Shown here: in pieces, positions 52,925 through 63,277 of the stretch
Layout of the letters: every line of letters begins with the position of its first letter
How positions within the stretch are numbered: the stretch's first letter is position 1
DNA from: a candidate division CPR2 bacterium GW2011_GWC2_39_10
GTDB taxonomy: Bacteria; Patescibacteriota; CPR2
Direction: 5' to 3'
Assembly: GCA_000993275.1 (NCBI GenBank)
Contig: LBVV01000009.1
Span: 2,897-66,896, forward strand
DNA length: 64,000 bases
Position numbers and translations under genes: made by a program
The notes under the pieces: generated by a model
What the model was told of the DNA's origin: nothing
Databases searched by the model: none
Seen by the model: only the letters and a program-made list of their open reading frames with translations

Positions 52925-54133
52925 TTACATCCTTATAAACTTTTCTTTGTAAGCAAAGATTGTAAGTGCCAAAGTGCTTAAGATTGTTAGTATTAGCCAT
53001 GCTTGGACACTCACATAATTATTTCCCAAAAAAGACACCGTTATGATATTACCGGCACTTTTATCGCCTGCGTCTTTTATAGTTGAAGAATATACAGTAT
53101 ATATTTGCCCGCCTTTTGCAATTACCGCTCCTTCATTTTTTGAGGATAAGGGCGTAAAATTTTGAGAGGCGAAAAATCGAAGAATATCTTTTGAGTCGCT
53201 ATAGTACCCATAAATCTTGCCGTCAGTTAAAAACCCGACATTAATATGTGTTTTGTTGTGCAAGCTTTTTGATAGCTTGTCATTAAAAAGGTATCCTCCA
53301 AAGATTGCGCCAATAATTTTGCCATCTTTTATAATGGGAGTGCCGGCAGTATTAGAGAGTAAGCCATCGGAACTTCTTTCAATACTGTTGGCGGGCTTAC
53401 CTTCGAGGATTTCTTTTGCAAAGGGGTTGGAATTTAAAATATTGTCTCCAAAAGATGCGGGTTTATGCGCGCGCACTAAAACATACCCCAACTCATTGGT
53501 TATTGTAAGCGAGGACAAATCGTTTTGTAGCATTTTAGTTTGAGAATAGGTAGATAGCTCAGAAGTTTTGTTTGATGCAATATAAGCACTAATTACAGGG
53601 TCTTCGGCGATGGTTTTTGTCTTTTTTGCCGCCACATCTTTGGCAGCGCTTATTTCGTTATCTATTGTTTGGTTTTGACTTTTGGCCTTTAAAATAGAGT
53701 TTCGTATAAATTTATCATTAAGAGCAGATTCTATAAACGGCAAAATAGCTATAAAAAATATCCCGACAATATAGATATATTTTAAAGTGTCCATGTCTTT
53801 TTTTTCTAAACGTACAGTCAATTTATTTTTTTGTACGATAAAATAAATAATAGCAATTAACGGAAATATCGTCAGCCAAAACCAGCTCACCCTTAGGGTT
53901 AAAAAGAAAAAAACAAATCCTAATAACACGTATGAGCCTCCAATGAAATGCTTCTTCCTGGATTTCTGTTTAAATCCGTCAAAAACAAAAATTGTGGCGA
54001 TGGAAATAGCCGTAAGGAGGAAAAAGCCGGCGAAAATTATAGAGCCAAAACTAACAATTGCCGGCAAAACGGCAAGCGAAAAAATTACTTCAAACGGGTG
54101 GCGAATTAAAAATTGAATAATTTTTTGAACCAT
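52925..54133 (-). CDS. Polytopic membrane protein with a Cache-like extracytoplasmic domain and a C-terminal TM; no output domain
   Basis: Four to five N-terminal TM helices, a ~230-aa extracellular domain, and a terminal TM. Confidence 0.4.
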   Translation of the reverse strand: MVQKIIQFLIRHPFEVIFSLAVLPAIVSFGSIIFAGFFLLTAISIATIFVFDGFKQKSRKKHFIGGSYVLLGFVFFFLTLRVSWFWLTIFPLIAIIYFIVQKNKLTVRLEKKDMDTLKYIYIVGIFFIAILPFIESALNDKFIRNSILKAKSQNQTIDNEISAAKDVAAKKTKTIAEDPVISAYIASNKTSELSTYSQTKMLQNDLSSLTITNELGYVLVRAHKPASFGDNILNSNPFAKEILEGKPANSIERSSDGLLSNTAGTPIIKDGKIIGAIFGGYLFNDKLSKSLHNKTHINVGFLTDGKIYGYYSDSKDILRFFASQNFTPLSSKNEGAVIAKGGQIYTVYSSTIKDAGDKSAGNIITVSFLGNNYVSVQAWLILTILSTLALTIFAYKEKFIRM

Positions 54134-54135
54134 GT

Positions 54136-56079
54136 TTATCTGTTAGAAGAATTATTTGATGAATAATTTTTTGAAATAAACTCTATCGAATTTATCATTT
54201 CCTGAACTCTTTTTTCGTCATCAGAATTTTCGCCCGGTAAGTAGGTGCGATACCATATGCGGTAAATATGCTGGTTGAACTTTGCAATAAAATAGTTTCC
54301 TTTGACGGCCAAATCTTCTTGAAGGACTAATTTGATAGCAGGTACTCCCTTAATAACAACTTTCTCCACACCATATTTAGCAGTCATTTTTGAGGAGGCA
54401 AAGAAGTCATCTAGCGATTTAGCGTATTCAATTCTGTCTATGCTCATCAAATATCCGTCTTGTCTTAAAAACCAAATGTTTTCGCTGCCCATTGGTTTTA
54501 ACCTATGGCTTGTATTTTGAGGGTAAGTTACGGTGATGCCATAATCGGTATCTTTGTATACTTGCCAAATTGTTTTATCAAAGGGTACTTCGGCAAAAGC
54601 TTCTTTGTATCTTTTTTCGGGATCGGTGGCGGCCATGCCGTAGGGGTCTGTTTTATTTGTGCCGCTATTTGTTGTTTGCACACCTTTAACCTGGGCAACG
54701 TACATTTCGGTTGTTTTTTTGGCGTTTCTGACCTGATAAATGAAGCCGGCGGCAAAGATTGCCAAAAGAAAAACAGCTGCCTTAATAAAGGGTATTCCGC
54801 CCGTAGCTTCCACTTTATCAGCTTCAATTTCGTTTGTGGTTACAGCTGCTTTTGTGTCCGCTTTTTTATTTTTTCTGTTTTTTGATTTTTCAAAAATTAA
54901 CGTAAATAGCTTAAGTACCAATTTGAAAGGAAGCATGATCAAAGCAAGAATTTTTTTAACAATTCCTTTTTTGGGTTTATCTTTTTCAGGCGCAGTGTTA
55001 GTTGCAGCCGAGCTTGGTATATCAACCGGATTGACGCCGGCTTGTATGAGTATTTTATTAATGCTTTCGGCGGCGGCCAGGTCTGTAGCGCTTGTATCAG
55101 TATCAGCGGGCTTTACATCATTTGAAATAACCGCCGGCGCAGTATCGGGAGACTTCTCTTTATCCGTTTCTGTTTTTGTGCCAGCTGCCAGATCGATTAT
55201 ATTTGTAGTAGTATCTTTCGATGCCTCTTCTGCCGGTTTTGGCGCATCATCCGAGATTTCAATTGCAGAAGCTTCTTTTTCCAAATTTAGCAGTTCTTGT
55301 TTTATCCGGTCAAAATCACTAAAATCCTCTTCCACAACATCCGCACCCATGTCAACAACATTTACTGGTATTTGCGCTTGTTTTTCCTCGCCTGTAACCG
55401 CTGTTTCTTCTCCGATAGTACTTTTCGTTTCTTCACCTATGGTAGATTCCTTTATGGCAGTTTCTTCATTCTTTTCCGGATTCTTGGTAGGTTCGTTTTG
55501 AACGGAAGAAAATAAGGCTTTTGTCTCCTCGATGCTATCTTTTTTAACTTCTACGCTGCCGGGTGTCGTATCTAAATGCTCTGTATTGTTCTTAATCTTA
55601 CTGTCCTCCAAGACCTTTAAAGATTCCATTATTCTGGTCTGGAATTCTTCGGCTTGTTTGGAAACATTGCTTTTTAAGCTTCCGATAACTGATTTTAAGC
55701 CGTCCATTTCACTTTGGTATGCGGAAATTTTTTCTTTAAGTTCTTGGTTCTCTTTTTGCAGGTTCGATATATTTAGAGCTTCTTTTTCGCTTTCTTCCTT
55801 GGTTTTTATATCTTCTTTCTTTTTTAGGTCCTCGAGGTCTACTTTCATTTTATTTAATTCTTCAAAAGTTTCCTGAGCTTTTTTCAACTTATCCTGAATA
55901 GCCAAAATTTGAGCATCTAAATTGCTAGCTCCTTTTGTGTTTTTGCCCTCGGTAGCTGCACTGGTTGTGCTCGTTTTGTGGTTTCCCTCTTCTATTTTTT
56001 CTTCGGTTTTATGTTCCGGCATATATAATATATTTAACAGTTTGGGCAAGCCTTTGTAAAGACATTTTAATAAATTCAT
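54136..56079 (-). CDS. Large coiled-coil / Glu-Lys-Thr-rich membrane protein with a C-terminal globular domain
   Basis: Low-complexity coiled coil, one TM (GGIPFIKAAVFLLAIFAAGFIYQV), and a structured C-terminus. Confidence 0.45.
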   Translation of the reverse strand: MNLLKCLYKGLPKLLNILYMPEHKTEEKIEEGNHKTSTTSAATEGKNTKGASNLDAQILAIQDKLKKAQETFEELNKMKVDLEDLKKKEDIKTKEESEKEALNISNLQKENQELKEKISAYQSEMDGLKSVIGSLKSNVSKQAEEFQTRIMESLKVLEDSKIKNNTEHLDTTPGSVEVKKDSIEETKALFSSVQNEPTKNPEKNEETAIKESTIGEETKSTIGEETAVTGEEKQAQIPVNVVDMGADVVEEDFSDFDRIKQELLNLEKEASAIEISDDAPKPAEEASKDTTTNIIDLAAGTKTETDKEKSPDTAPAVISNDVKPADTDTSATDLAAAESINKILIQAGVNPVDIPSSAATNTAPEKDKPKKGIVKKILALIMLPFKLVLKLFTLIFEKSKNRKNKKADTKAAVTTNEIEADKVEATGGIPFIKAAVFLLAIFAAGFIYQVRNAKKTTEMYVAQVKGVQTTNSGTNKTDPYGMAATDPEKRYKEAFAEVPFDKTIWQVYKDTDYGITVTYPQNTSHRLKPMGSENIWFLRQDGYLMSIDRIEYAKSLDDFFASSKMTAKYGVEKVVIKGVPAIKLVLQEDLAVKGNYFIAKFNQHIYRIWYRTYLPGENSDDEKRVQEMINSIEFISKNYSSNNSSNR

Positions 56080-56108
56080 GAATTAAAATATGTACCCCTT
56101 GAATCTGT

Positions 56109-56137
56109 TTGACTTTAACGTGCTTATGTTGTATATT
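56109..56137 (+). promoter_or_regulatory. Sigma70-like promoter (TTGACT, 17 nt, TATATT) for the DUF916-like gene
   Basis: Seen in the sequence. Confidence 0.5.
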
Positions 56138-56190
56138 GCCCTTAGTATTTTTTAATAAATTGATATTCATTTTCTTTAAAGGAGAAAATT

Positions 56191-57129
56191 ATGGTTAAGA
56201 AAGTGCTGTTTTTTGGTGCTAGTGTTGTCCTTGCATTTATTGTTACTTTTGTTCCGACAAAAATTAAAGCCGCGGATACGCCGGCTACGGGATCTGTTAC
56301 TGTTGTGCCGCCTCGATTTGAATTATTTGGAAATCCCGGCGAAGATGTGCCGAACCAGGCTTTAAAAGTTACAAATGAGTCGACTGTCGAAGGAAGCTTC
56401 ATGGTGGATATGGAAGATTTTAAGGCTGTTGGAGAGGACGGAAACGTCAATTTGATGGAGCAGAATTCTGACATCACTTATTCTCTTGCCAAGTGGATTA
56501 CCGTTAACCCCAGCTCGTTTACTTTAAAACCAAAAGAAACAAAAATCATTAATTTTTCAGTCAGCATCCCTAAAAATGCCGAACCGGGCGGAAGGTACGC
56601 CAGTATTATTGTTAATATGGGCGGCCAAGTTAAGGTAGAGGGTGGTGCTGTCGTTGCTCCCAGGGTTGTATCTTTAGTACTTTTAAGGGTTTCCGGTAAT
56701 GTTAAGGAAGAAGCCTCGGTGGAATCATTCACGGCGCCACAGTATTCGGAAAAAGCGCCGGTAAAATTTGACCTCAGAATGAAAAATTCCGGCCGAAATC
56801 ATATAAAACCGAAAGGCACCATTATTATTACTAATCTTTTGGGACAAAAGGTAGATGAAATTCAGCTAAGCGGCGAAAACGTTTTGCCCGGGGCCATAAG
56901 GAAAATGACTACGGAATGGAAAACAAATAAGTTTTTAGCCGGTCGTTACACTGCCACTTTGGTTGCTACTTACGGCGAAAAAAATGATAAGCCGTTATCA
57001 ACAACTGTTTCTTTTTTTGTAATGACTAAATCAACAGCTTACACACTGGGTATTGGTACGGTCGCCCTTGCCCTTGCCTTTGTTAAAAGAAAGTCACTTA
57101 GAAAGACTTTACATAATTTGACTAAATAA
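56191..57129 (+). CDS. Cell-surface protein, DUF916/DUF3324-like; paralog of 37263-38201
   Basis: See 37263; same length (312 aa) and architecture. Confidence 0.55.
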   Translation: MVKKVLFFGASVVLAFIVTFVPTKIKAADTPATGSVTVVPPRFELFGNPGEDVPNQALKVTNESTVEGSFMVDMEDFKAVGEDGNVNLMEQNSDITYSLAKWITVNPSSFTLKPKETKIINFSVSIPKNAEPGGRYASIIVNMGGQVKVEGGAVVAPRVVSLVLLRVSGNVKEEASVESFTAPQYSEKAPVKFDLRMKNSGRNHIKPKGTIIITNLLGQKVDEIQLSGENVLPGAIRKMTTEWKTNKFLAGRYTATLVATYGEKNDKPLSTTVSFFVMTKSTAYTLGIGTVALALAFVKRKSLRKTLHNLTK

Positions 57130-57148
57130 TCTTTAAATAGAGTTTGCA

Positions 57149-57706
57149 TTGAGAGAGAAAATTAAAAAAGTTGCGTCAAAAAAAGAATTTTTAATTGCTG
57201 CTTTTTTAGTTTCTCTTTTAGTCGTAATTTATTTTAAAAATAATCCCCCCAAAAGGGTTGATTGGAACATGGTTTCTTGGGGGAAAAGTCCGGCTTCTTT
57301 AATAATTATCGGTCCAAGTGAAATACCGGGAGCCGGAACTCCTTTTAAGATAAGCTTAGATCTTGATACCAACGAGTACTTGATAAACGCCATTCAGGCT
57401 AATATTGAGTATGATCCAGCGGTTTTAGAGGCTCTGAAATTGGATACCACCGATTCCTTTTGCAAACTCTATATAGAAAACAAATATCAAAACGAAAAAG
57501 GTCTTGTGAAAGTTGCCTGCGGCTTGCCGTCCCCCGGATTTAAAGGTAAAAACAGAGTTTTAACAATAGATTTTATTGCAAAGTCTTTTTCAAATACTAC
57601 AATAAGAGTAAGAGAAGATAGCATGATAATGGCTAATGGAAAAAAAGGAATCAATATATTAAAGAATTTTGATTCCAAGATAATTAGGGTGAGGGTTGCT
57701 GTTTGA
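57149..57706 (+). CDS. Small anchored protein with a cohesin-like module
   Basis: LINAIQANIEYDPAVLEAL resembles the cohesin FQFDLSYDPSVLE strand; conserved Cys pair (SFCKLY...VACGLPSPGF). Confidence 0.5.
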   Translation: MREKIKKVASKKEFLIAAFLVSLLVVIYFKNNPPKRVDWNMVSWGKSPASLIIIGPSEIPGAGTPFKISLDLDTNEYLINAIQANIEYDPAVLEALKLDTTDSFCKLYIENKYQNEKGLVKVACGLPSPGFKGKNRVLTIDFIAKSFSNTTIRVREDSMIMANGKKGINILKNFDSKIIRVRVAV

Positions 57707-58740
57707 TGAAAAATAAAAAAATAATTTTTTATCTTATAATTTGTGTTATAAATGCGCTTTTTTTGTTGCCGGGAAAAGCTAGTGCGGCCAAAATAGTATA
57801 TTTGACTTCCGCAAACAATACCGTGGAAACCGGCAAGGCTATTAAATATGAATTACGAATTAATACTGATGCTGAAAAAATAAATGCGGTCCAAGTCAAA
57901 ATTAATTTTCCAACGGAAATATTAGAAGGTTTGCAGCCGGAGCAAAGCGGATCGTTCTGTAATAGATGGATAGAAAGCTCGTCGACTACTCTGGCCTGTG
58001 GCGTTACCGGTACTCAAGGGTTTTCCGGAGATGGACTAATAGCCAAGTTGGTTTTTAAGGGGAAAAATCCGGGCGAAGCTTCTATAACCTTAAATGATAT
58101 TTGGGTGACTTTTAACGGCACGGTTTTGAATAATTACGGTCAAGGTTCTGCCCAGCTTACGGTTTTTGGTGAAGGTCAAACTCCAACACCAACAAGGCAG
58201 CCTATCATAACTCCCACACCAATCCCATCCTCGGCAATTACTCCTCCTCCCGTATCAGGGAATACTTCCGGTGTCACTGATAATTCAGGCGGCCAATCTT
58301 TTTCCGGAAGCGAACCTAAGGTTCAGGGACAAGGAGGAACAACACCCGAAGAACCGCTGGCTAAGCAAACGCCCGCCGATGTTGAAATTACGGTTTCACA
58401 GAATCCATCAACTGCCACAAGCGGTATATTAGTTAAGGATTTTTTTTCCGATAACAAGAAAGCCTTGTTTGGCTTTTTCCCAACCCTTTTGCTTTTAGCG
58501 CTTGTTGTTCATTTGGCAATCAAACTCTATTTTACGGAGAAAAGAAGAAAAATGGAGCTGGAAAAACTTTACGAGGAACAGCTGGGCGCATTGTCTGCTT
58601 TGGAGAGCAAACTAGATCTTCTTGATCAAAAGGGAGAGCAGGGCAGAGAGGCTTTCGAACAAGGATTTAAAGATGCTAAATCTCAAATACTAAATCAAGC
58701 TAACCCAACGCTTCAGGGTGGGACCGGACCTGCTCAGTAA
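57703..58740 (+). CDS. Cohesin-like module protein with a Pro/Thr-rich linker, a TM anchor and a C-terminal coiled coil
   Basis: INAVQVKINFPTEILEGL..SFCNRW..LACGVTGTQGF; then PTPTPT linker and TM LLLLALVVHLAIKLYF. Confidence 0.5.
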   Translation: MMKNKKIIFYLIICVINALFLLPGKASAAKIVYLTSANNTVETGKAIKYELRINTDAEKINAVQVKINFPTEILEGLQPEQSGSFCNRWIESSSTTLACGVTGTQGFSGDGLIAKLVFKGKNPGEASITLNDIWVTFNGTVLNNYGQGSAQLTVFGEGQTPTPTRQPIITPTPIPSSAITPPPVSGNTSGVTDNSGGQSFSGSEPKVQGQGGTTPEEPLAKQTPADVEITVSQNPSTATSGILVKDFFSDNKKALFGFFPTLLLLALVVHLAIKLYFTEKRRKMELEKLYEEQLGALSALESKLDLLDQKGEQGREAFEQGFKDAKSQILNQANPTLQGGTGPAQ

Positions 58741-58742
58741 AA

Positions 58743-59753
58743 TTAAACGCCCAGCTTGGAAAACCCATATTCAAAGAGATTGATACCGTCGTTCATTCCA
58801 TCATTTGTATCTAAATATATCATCACTATTTTTCTATCATTTTTTTGGGCGACTCCGATTAAAGTATGTCCGGCGCCATAAGTGAATCCCGGTTTCGAGG
58901 CAATCATGTATGGGTAGTTTTTAAGCAGATCGCTGATATGCGCAGTATAATGTTCGTAGTTTAAATTCTCAGTGCCGGAAACAGTATGTTCCCGAATTCC
59001 GGCATAACGAATAACGTCGGGAGTTTTATCCATGGCATATCTAACAATAGTGGCCATGTCGAGCGCCGAAGTATAAAAACCATCCTCATCGAGCCCGGAG
59101 GGGTTTTTGTAGTGAGTGTTAGCAAGACCAAGATCACTAATTTTTTCGTTTAATTTGCTTATAAATGCTTCTCGTCCGCCGGGAAAATTTTCGGCAATAA
59201 CTTCTGCAGCGTCATTTGCCGAAGCTGTCATTAGGCATATAAGCAAATCTTCAAGCCTTATTTCTTCATCGGCTTGAAGATAAGCTTTATTTGGTTCTAT
59301 TGCTGCAGCTGCCTCAGACACCTTTAATCGTTTGTTTAGATCTATGTTTTCGATGGCAACTATAGCCGTCAAGATTTTTGCAATGCTGGCAGGCGGTCTT
59401 TTGGTGTTAATGTCTTTTTCAAAAAGCACATTGCCGGTTGAGTTATCCACCACAATGGCGGACTTGGCGCTTACATAAAGGTTGCTTTCATTGCCCGCTC
59501 CCTGAGAAATTTTCGGGTGATATTTTTGGTTCTGAATCTGTTTCAGCTTGGTAAGATTAACTTGAGCAAGCTCCGTTTTAATTCCCTTAACTTGCGTATT
59601 AGTTTTTTTATGACGATAGGCTAGTGGAATAATTATGACTAAAGCTACTATTGCCGATACAAGGTAAGTCTTTCTGGTAATTCTCATGGTTACCATTTTA
59701 ATGTTATTCTTTAAATTTTTCAAAAGTTTTTTATTTGGGAAATAGGTTGACAC
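58743..59753 (-). CDS. Serine-type D-Ala-D-Ala carboxypeptidase (PBP5/DacA-like)
   Basis: SxxK motif in PPASIAKILTA, SAN motif (TASAND) and KTG-like region. Confidence 0.75.
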   Translation of the reverse strand: MSTYFPNKKLLKNLKNNIKMVTMRITRKTYLVSAIVALVIIIPLAYRHKKTNTQVKGIKTELAQVNLTKLKQIQNQKYHPKISQGAGNESNLYVSAKSAIVVDNSTGNVLFEKDINTKRPPASIAKILTAIVAIENIDLNKRLKVSEAAAAIEPNKAYLQADEEIRLEDLLICLMTASANDAAEVIAENFPGGREAFISKLNEKISDLGLANTHYKNPSGLDEDGFYTSALDMATIVRYAMDKTPDVIRYAGIREHTVSGTENLNYEHYTAHISDLLKNYPYMIASKPGFTYGAGHTLIGVAQKNDRKIVMIYLDTNDGMNDGINLFEYGFSKLGV

Positions 59754-59773
59754 TTTGGAAGGAAGAAAATAAG

Positions 59774-60751
59774 ATGGTTTCGAAAGGTATAAGTATGAAG
59801 CTTTTAGTTGCTATTCCTTGTTTTAATGAAGAAAAAACCATAAGTAAGGTTATCGGTGATGTTCCCAAAAAAATTCAGGGGATTAGTGAAATAAACATAT
59901 TGGTAATGGACGATGGATCTGAGGATGCAAGCGCTATGGTTGCCAAAGAATGCAAGGCGGAAGTCCATTCATTTCCAAAAAATAGAGGGCTTGGATGGGT
60001 TTTTACCAAAAGTGTCAGTGTGGCTCTTTCAAAAAAAGTGGATATTTTGGTAACAATTGATGGCGACGGGCAATTCAAGGCGAAGGATATTTCAAAATTA
60101 ATTAAACCGATTATTGCAAAAGAAGCGGACTTTGTAACCTGTTCCCGTTTTATTGATAAGGACTTAACGCCAAATATGTCGGTTATTAAGCTTTGGGGCA
60201 ACCGTTTTATGTCGAAATTTATAAGCATGCTAATTAAAAGAAAATTTTATGATGTGTCTTGCGGGTTTAGAGCTTATTCTAGAGAGGCTCTGCTTAACGT
60301 TAATCTATTCGGCAAATTTACCTATACCCAGGAAGCATTTCTGGATTTAGCATATAAGGGCATTAGAATAAAAGAAATTCCATTAAAAGTTAGGGCAAAA
60401 CGACAATTTGGTAGGTCAAAAATTTCCGACAATTTGCTTGCTTACGGTTATAAAACTTTAAAAATAATTTTCCGTACGTTAAGAGACTACAAGCCTTTAA
60501 AATTTTTCGGTTCACTGGGACTTATTATTTTTATGATAGGATTCGTTTTTGATTTTTTCCTTTTATATCATTATGTTTTTACCCATTCCCTAAGCCCTTA
60601 TAAGTCATTAGGGTTTATTGGGGGTTTTTTAAATGCTATTGGGCTTGTTATATTGGTCCTTGCCTTAGTGGCTGATATGCTGGAACGAATACGGTTAAAC
60701 CAGGAAAAAATACTTTATTTGCAAAAGAAAAGGGAGTACGAGATTGACTGA
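59774..60751 (+). CDS. GT2-family glycosyltransferase (DPM1 / GtrB-like) with C-terminal TM helices
   Basis: IPCFNEEKTI, MDDGSEDAS and DGDGQ motifs. A start at 59774 after GGAAGGAAG is preferred over the tool's 59735. Confidence 0.75.
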   Translation: MVSKGISMKLLVAIPCFNEEKTISKVIGDVPKKIQGISEINILVMDDGSEDASAMVAKECKAEVHSFPKNRGLGWVFTKSVSVALSKKVDILVTIDGDGQFKAKDISKLIKPIIAKEADFVTCSRFIDKDLTPNMSVIKLWGNRFMSKFISMLIKRKFYDVSCGFRAYSREALLNVNLFGKFTYTQEAFLDLAYKGIRIKEIPLKVRAKRQFGRSKISDNLLAYGYKTLKIIFRTLRDYKPLKFFGSLGLIIFMIGFVFDFFLLYHYVFTHSLSPYKSLGFIGGFLNAIGLVILVLALVADMLERIRLNQEKILYLQKKREYEID

Positions 60752-61853
60752 AAAAAACAAAAAAGGTGTGAAGATATTTATTATTTTAGGAACAAAAGCT
60801 CAATTAATAAAAATGGCTCCAATTATGCTGGAGTTTGATAAACAAAAGATACCCTATAAATTCATTTTTACCGGACAGCATAAAGAAACAATAAATAAAT
60901 TAGAGTTGGATTTTAAAATAAGAAAGCCTGATTTTGTTTTATATGACGGTCCGGATATTACAAGTATCTTTAAAATGATTATTTGGGCATGTAAGATTAC
61001 CACAAAAGCTATTCTAAATAAGAAAAAATTTTTTGGAAAAACAAAGAATGGCATAGTGCTTGTTCACGGCGACACATTTTCTACGTTAGTAGGGGCGATT
61101 ATCGGCAAATTGGCCGGCTTCAAAGTTGGACATGTGGAGGCGGGTCTTAGGTCCTTTAATTTGAGAGATCCCTTTCCTGAAGAGCTAATAAGAGTAATAG
61201 TTTTTAGAATGGCAGATTATTTTTTTTGCCCCGGCAATTGGGCGTTAAAAAACCTAAAGAAATATTCTGGAAAAAAAATTAATCTTCATAATAACACTTT
61301 GCAAGATTCTTTAAGTCTGGCGCTAATCTCCGTCAATAATACGAAATCAAATATTCCCGAAGAACCATATTGCGTTTGTTCTATCCATCGTTTTGAAAAT
61401 ATTTTTAATAAAAATAAGTTGAAGGATATTGTCGATAAAATTGAAAAAATCTCGAAGGACTTTCCGGTGGTCTTTATTCTTCATATGCCAACAAAAAAAA
61501 AGTTGAATGAATTTAATCTTTTAGTAAATCTGAAAAGCAATAAAAATATTGAGCTTAGAAATCGATGTGGTTATTTTGACTTTATTAAATTGATAAATAG
61601 CTCCCGGTTTTTAATATCGGACGGCGGGAGTAATCAGGAAGAGACATATTATTTGGGCTTGCCGGTGTTACTATTTAGAAACGCTACTGAAAGAAAAGAA
61701 GGATTAGGAAAAAATGCTTTTTTATCTCATCTAAGTGAAAAAAAGATTAATTACTTTCTAAAAAATATTAATAAGTTTAGGACGAATAAAATTAATATTA
61801 TAGAAAGCCCTTCTTCAATTGCCGTTGAATTTTTAAAAAAGGAATTTGCTTAA
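60744..61853 (+). CDS. UDP-N-acetylglucosamine 2-epimerase (WecB family)
   Basis: VHGDTFSTLVGAIIGKLAGFKVGHVEAGLRSFNLRDPFPEE. Confidence 0.8.
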   Translation: MTEKNKKGVKIFIILGTKAQLIKMAPIMLEFDKQKIPYKFIFTGQHKETINKLELDFKIRKPDFVLYDGPDITSIFKMIIWACKITTKAILNKKKFFGKTKNGIVLVHGDTFSTLVGAIIGKLAGFKVGHVEAGLRSFNLRDPFPEELIRVIVFRMADYFFCPGNWALKNLKKYSGKKINLHNNTLQDSLSLALISVNNTKSNIPEEPYCVCSIHRFENIFNKNKLKDIVDKIEKISKDFPVVFILHMPTKKKLNEFNLLVNLKSNKNIELRNRCGYFDFIKLINSSRFLISDGGSNQEETYYLGLPVLLFRNATERKEGLGKNAFLSHLSEKKINYFLKNINKFRTNKINIIESPSSIAVEFLKKEFA

Positions 61854-63276
61854 AATGAGCGAATTTAATTACAAAAAATATTGGATTAAAAGGCATAATA
61901 AAATAAAAGACTATTCAAGCGTTGGCATAAAAAGTATAGGAAATAAAGCAAATGAACTTTCTTATAATATTCTCCTAAAAAGATACGAAGCAGTCTTGGA
62001 AAAACTGGAATTAAAAAAAAGTACTACCTTTCTGGATGCTGGTGCCGGAATAGGGATTTTGTCAAGTTTTCTAGCAAAAAATAAATTTGATGTGACAGCA
62101 ATAGATATTTCCACGGAAGCTTTGGATCAAATAAAAAATAAGAGAATTAAGACTCATTGTTCTAAAATTTCAACTTTTAAAAATGGCAATTTTGAGGTTG
62201 TACAGTGCTTCGACGTTTTATATCATATTACCGATGATGGGGAGTGGCAAAAAAGCATTAAAGCTTTGTGCGCGCTTTCAAAGGACTATGTTATTTTGCA
62301 TCAGCGTTTTTTAAAAATAAAGCCGCTTATAAACCCTTCTCATATAAAATTCAGGAGTTATAAAGACATAACTTTAGAGATGCAAAAAAATGGGTTTAGA
62401 GAAGTCTTATCGGTTCCTTCTCATGTGGTTCAGAGAGTCCCTATCTATATTTTGTATAAGATAATGCCGGTTTTCCTCTCAAAAATTGATAATTTTCTAC
62501 TTAAGAATTGGCCTTTTGGCTTGTTAGGCATAAGTTCCCACGAGATAAAAGTTTTTAAACAACAAGGAGAAAAGGAGAAAGAAAAAATATCGGGAGTAAT
62601 TTACAATATAAAATATTTTGAAAAAGAATTTGATGGTCAAAAAAGTAACAATAAACATTATAATAATAAGGCAAAGAATGTCTTGACAATGGTTTTGCCG
62701 ATAAAAAGAGGAGAAAAGATTCTTGATATCGGGACTTGCAGCGGCACCTTTGCCTTTGAGTGCGCAAAACACAAATGCAATGTTATCGGAACGGATCTTT
62801 CTGCTATAGCAATAAAAAAGTGCAATGAAATCAGTAGCAAAAAAAAGATAGAAAATGTAAAGTTTATAGTTTGTTCGGCCGATAAGCAGCCGTTTCAAGA
62901 TGAGCATTTTGATAAAATTATTATGGGGGACATTGCAGAACATTTAAAACCAAAAATTTTTCAAAGAACAATTAAGGAGTGCCATCGCTTATTAAAAAAC
63001 GGCGGAAGCTTGATAATTTATACGCCCAACAAATATCATTTATTTGAATTATTAAAAAAGAATAATTTTTTGCTAAAGAAGGACCCTACCCATATTAATT
63101 TATTGTCCAAAAAAGATATTTGCAAAGTATTAAAAAAGAATGAATTTAAAATTTTAGAGGCATATTTCAGGCCGTCTCATTTGCCGGTTTATGGCGTTTT
63201 GGAGGAGGTTTTAATAAATATTCCTATTTTCGGCAATTTGTTCAGGCGCCGAATATGCATTGTTGCAAAGAAATAA
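61846..63276 (+). CDS. Protein with two tandem class-I SAM-dependent methyltransferase domains
   Basis: Two motif-I glycine loops: LDAGAGIGILS and ILDIGTCSGTFA. Confidence 0.65.
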   Translation: MLKMSEFNYKKYWIKRHNKIKDYSSVGIKSIGNKANELSYNILLKRYEAVLEKLELKKSTTFLDAGAGIGILSSFLAKNKFDVTAIDISTEALDQIKNKRIKTHCSKISTFKNGNFEVVQCFDVLYHITDDGEWQKSIKALCALSKDYVILHQRFLKIKPLINPSHIKFRSYKDITLEMQKNGFREVLSVPSHVVQRVPIYILYKIMPVFLSKIDNFLLKNWPFGLLGISSHEIKVFKQQGEKEKEKISGVIYNIKYFEKEFDGQKSNNKHYNNKAKNVLTMVLPIKRGEKILDIGTCSGTFAFECAKHKCNVIGTDLSAIAIKKCNEISSKKKIENVKFIVCSADKQPFQDEHFDKIIMGDIAEHLKPKIFQRTIKECHRLLKNGGSLIIYTPNKYHLFELLKKNNFLLKKDPTHINLLSKKDICKVLKKNEFKILEAYFRPSHLPVYGVLEEVLINIPIFGNLFRRRICIVAKK

Positions 63277-63277
63277 G

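Noticed and set aside
54505-55515. Plus-strand ORFs (126, 253 and 72 aa) opposite the 647-aa coiled-coil gene
   Set aside because: They are antisense to the low-complexity Glu/Lys/Thr codon runs of the minus-strand gene, which gives spurious Phe/Ser-rich frames.
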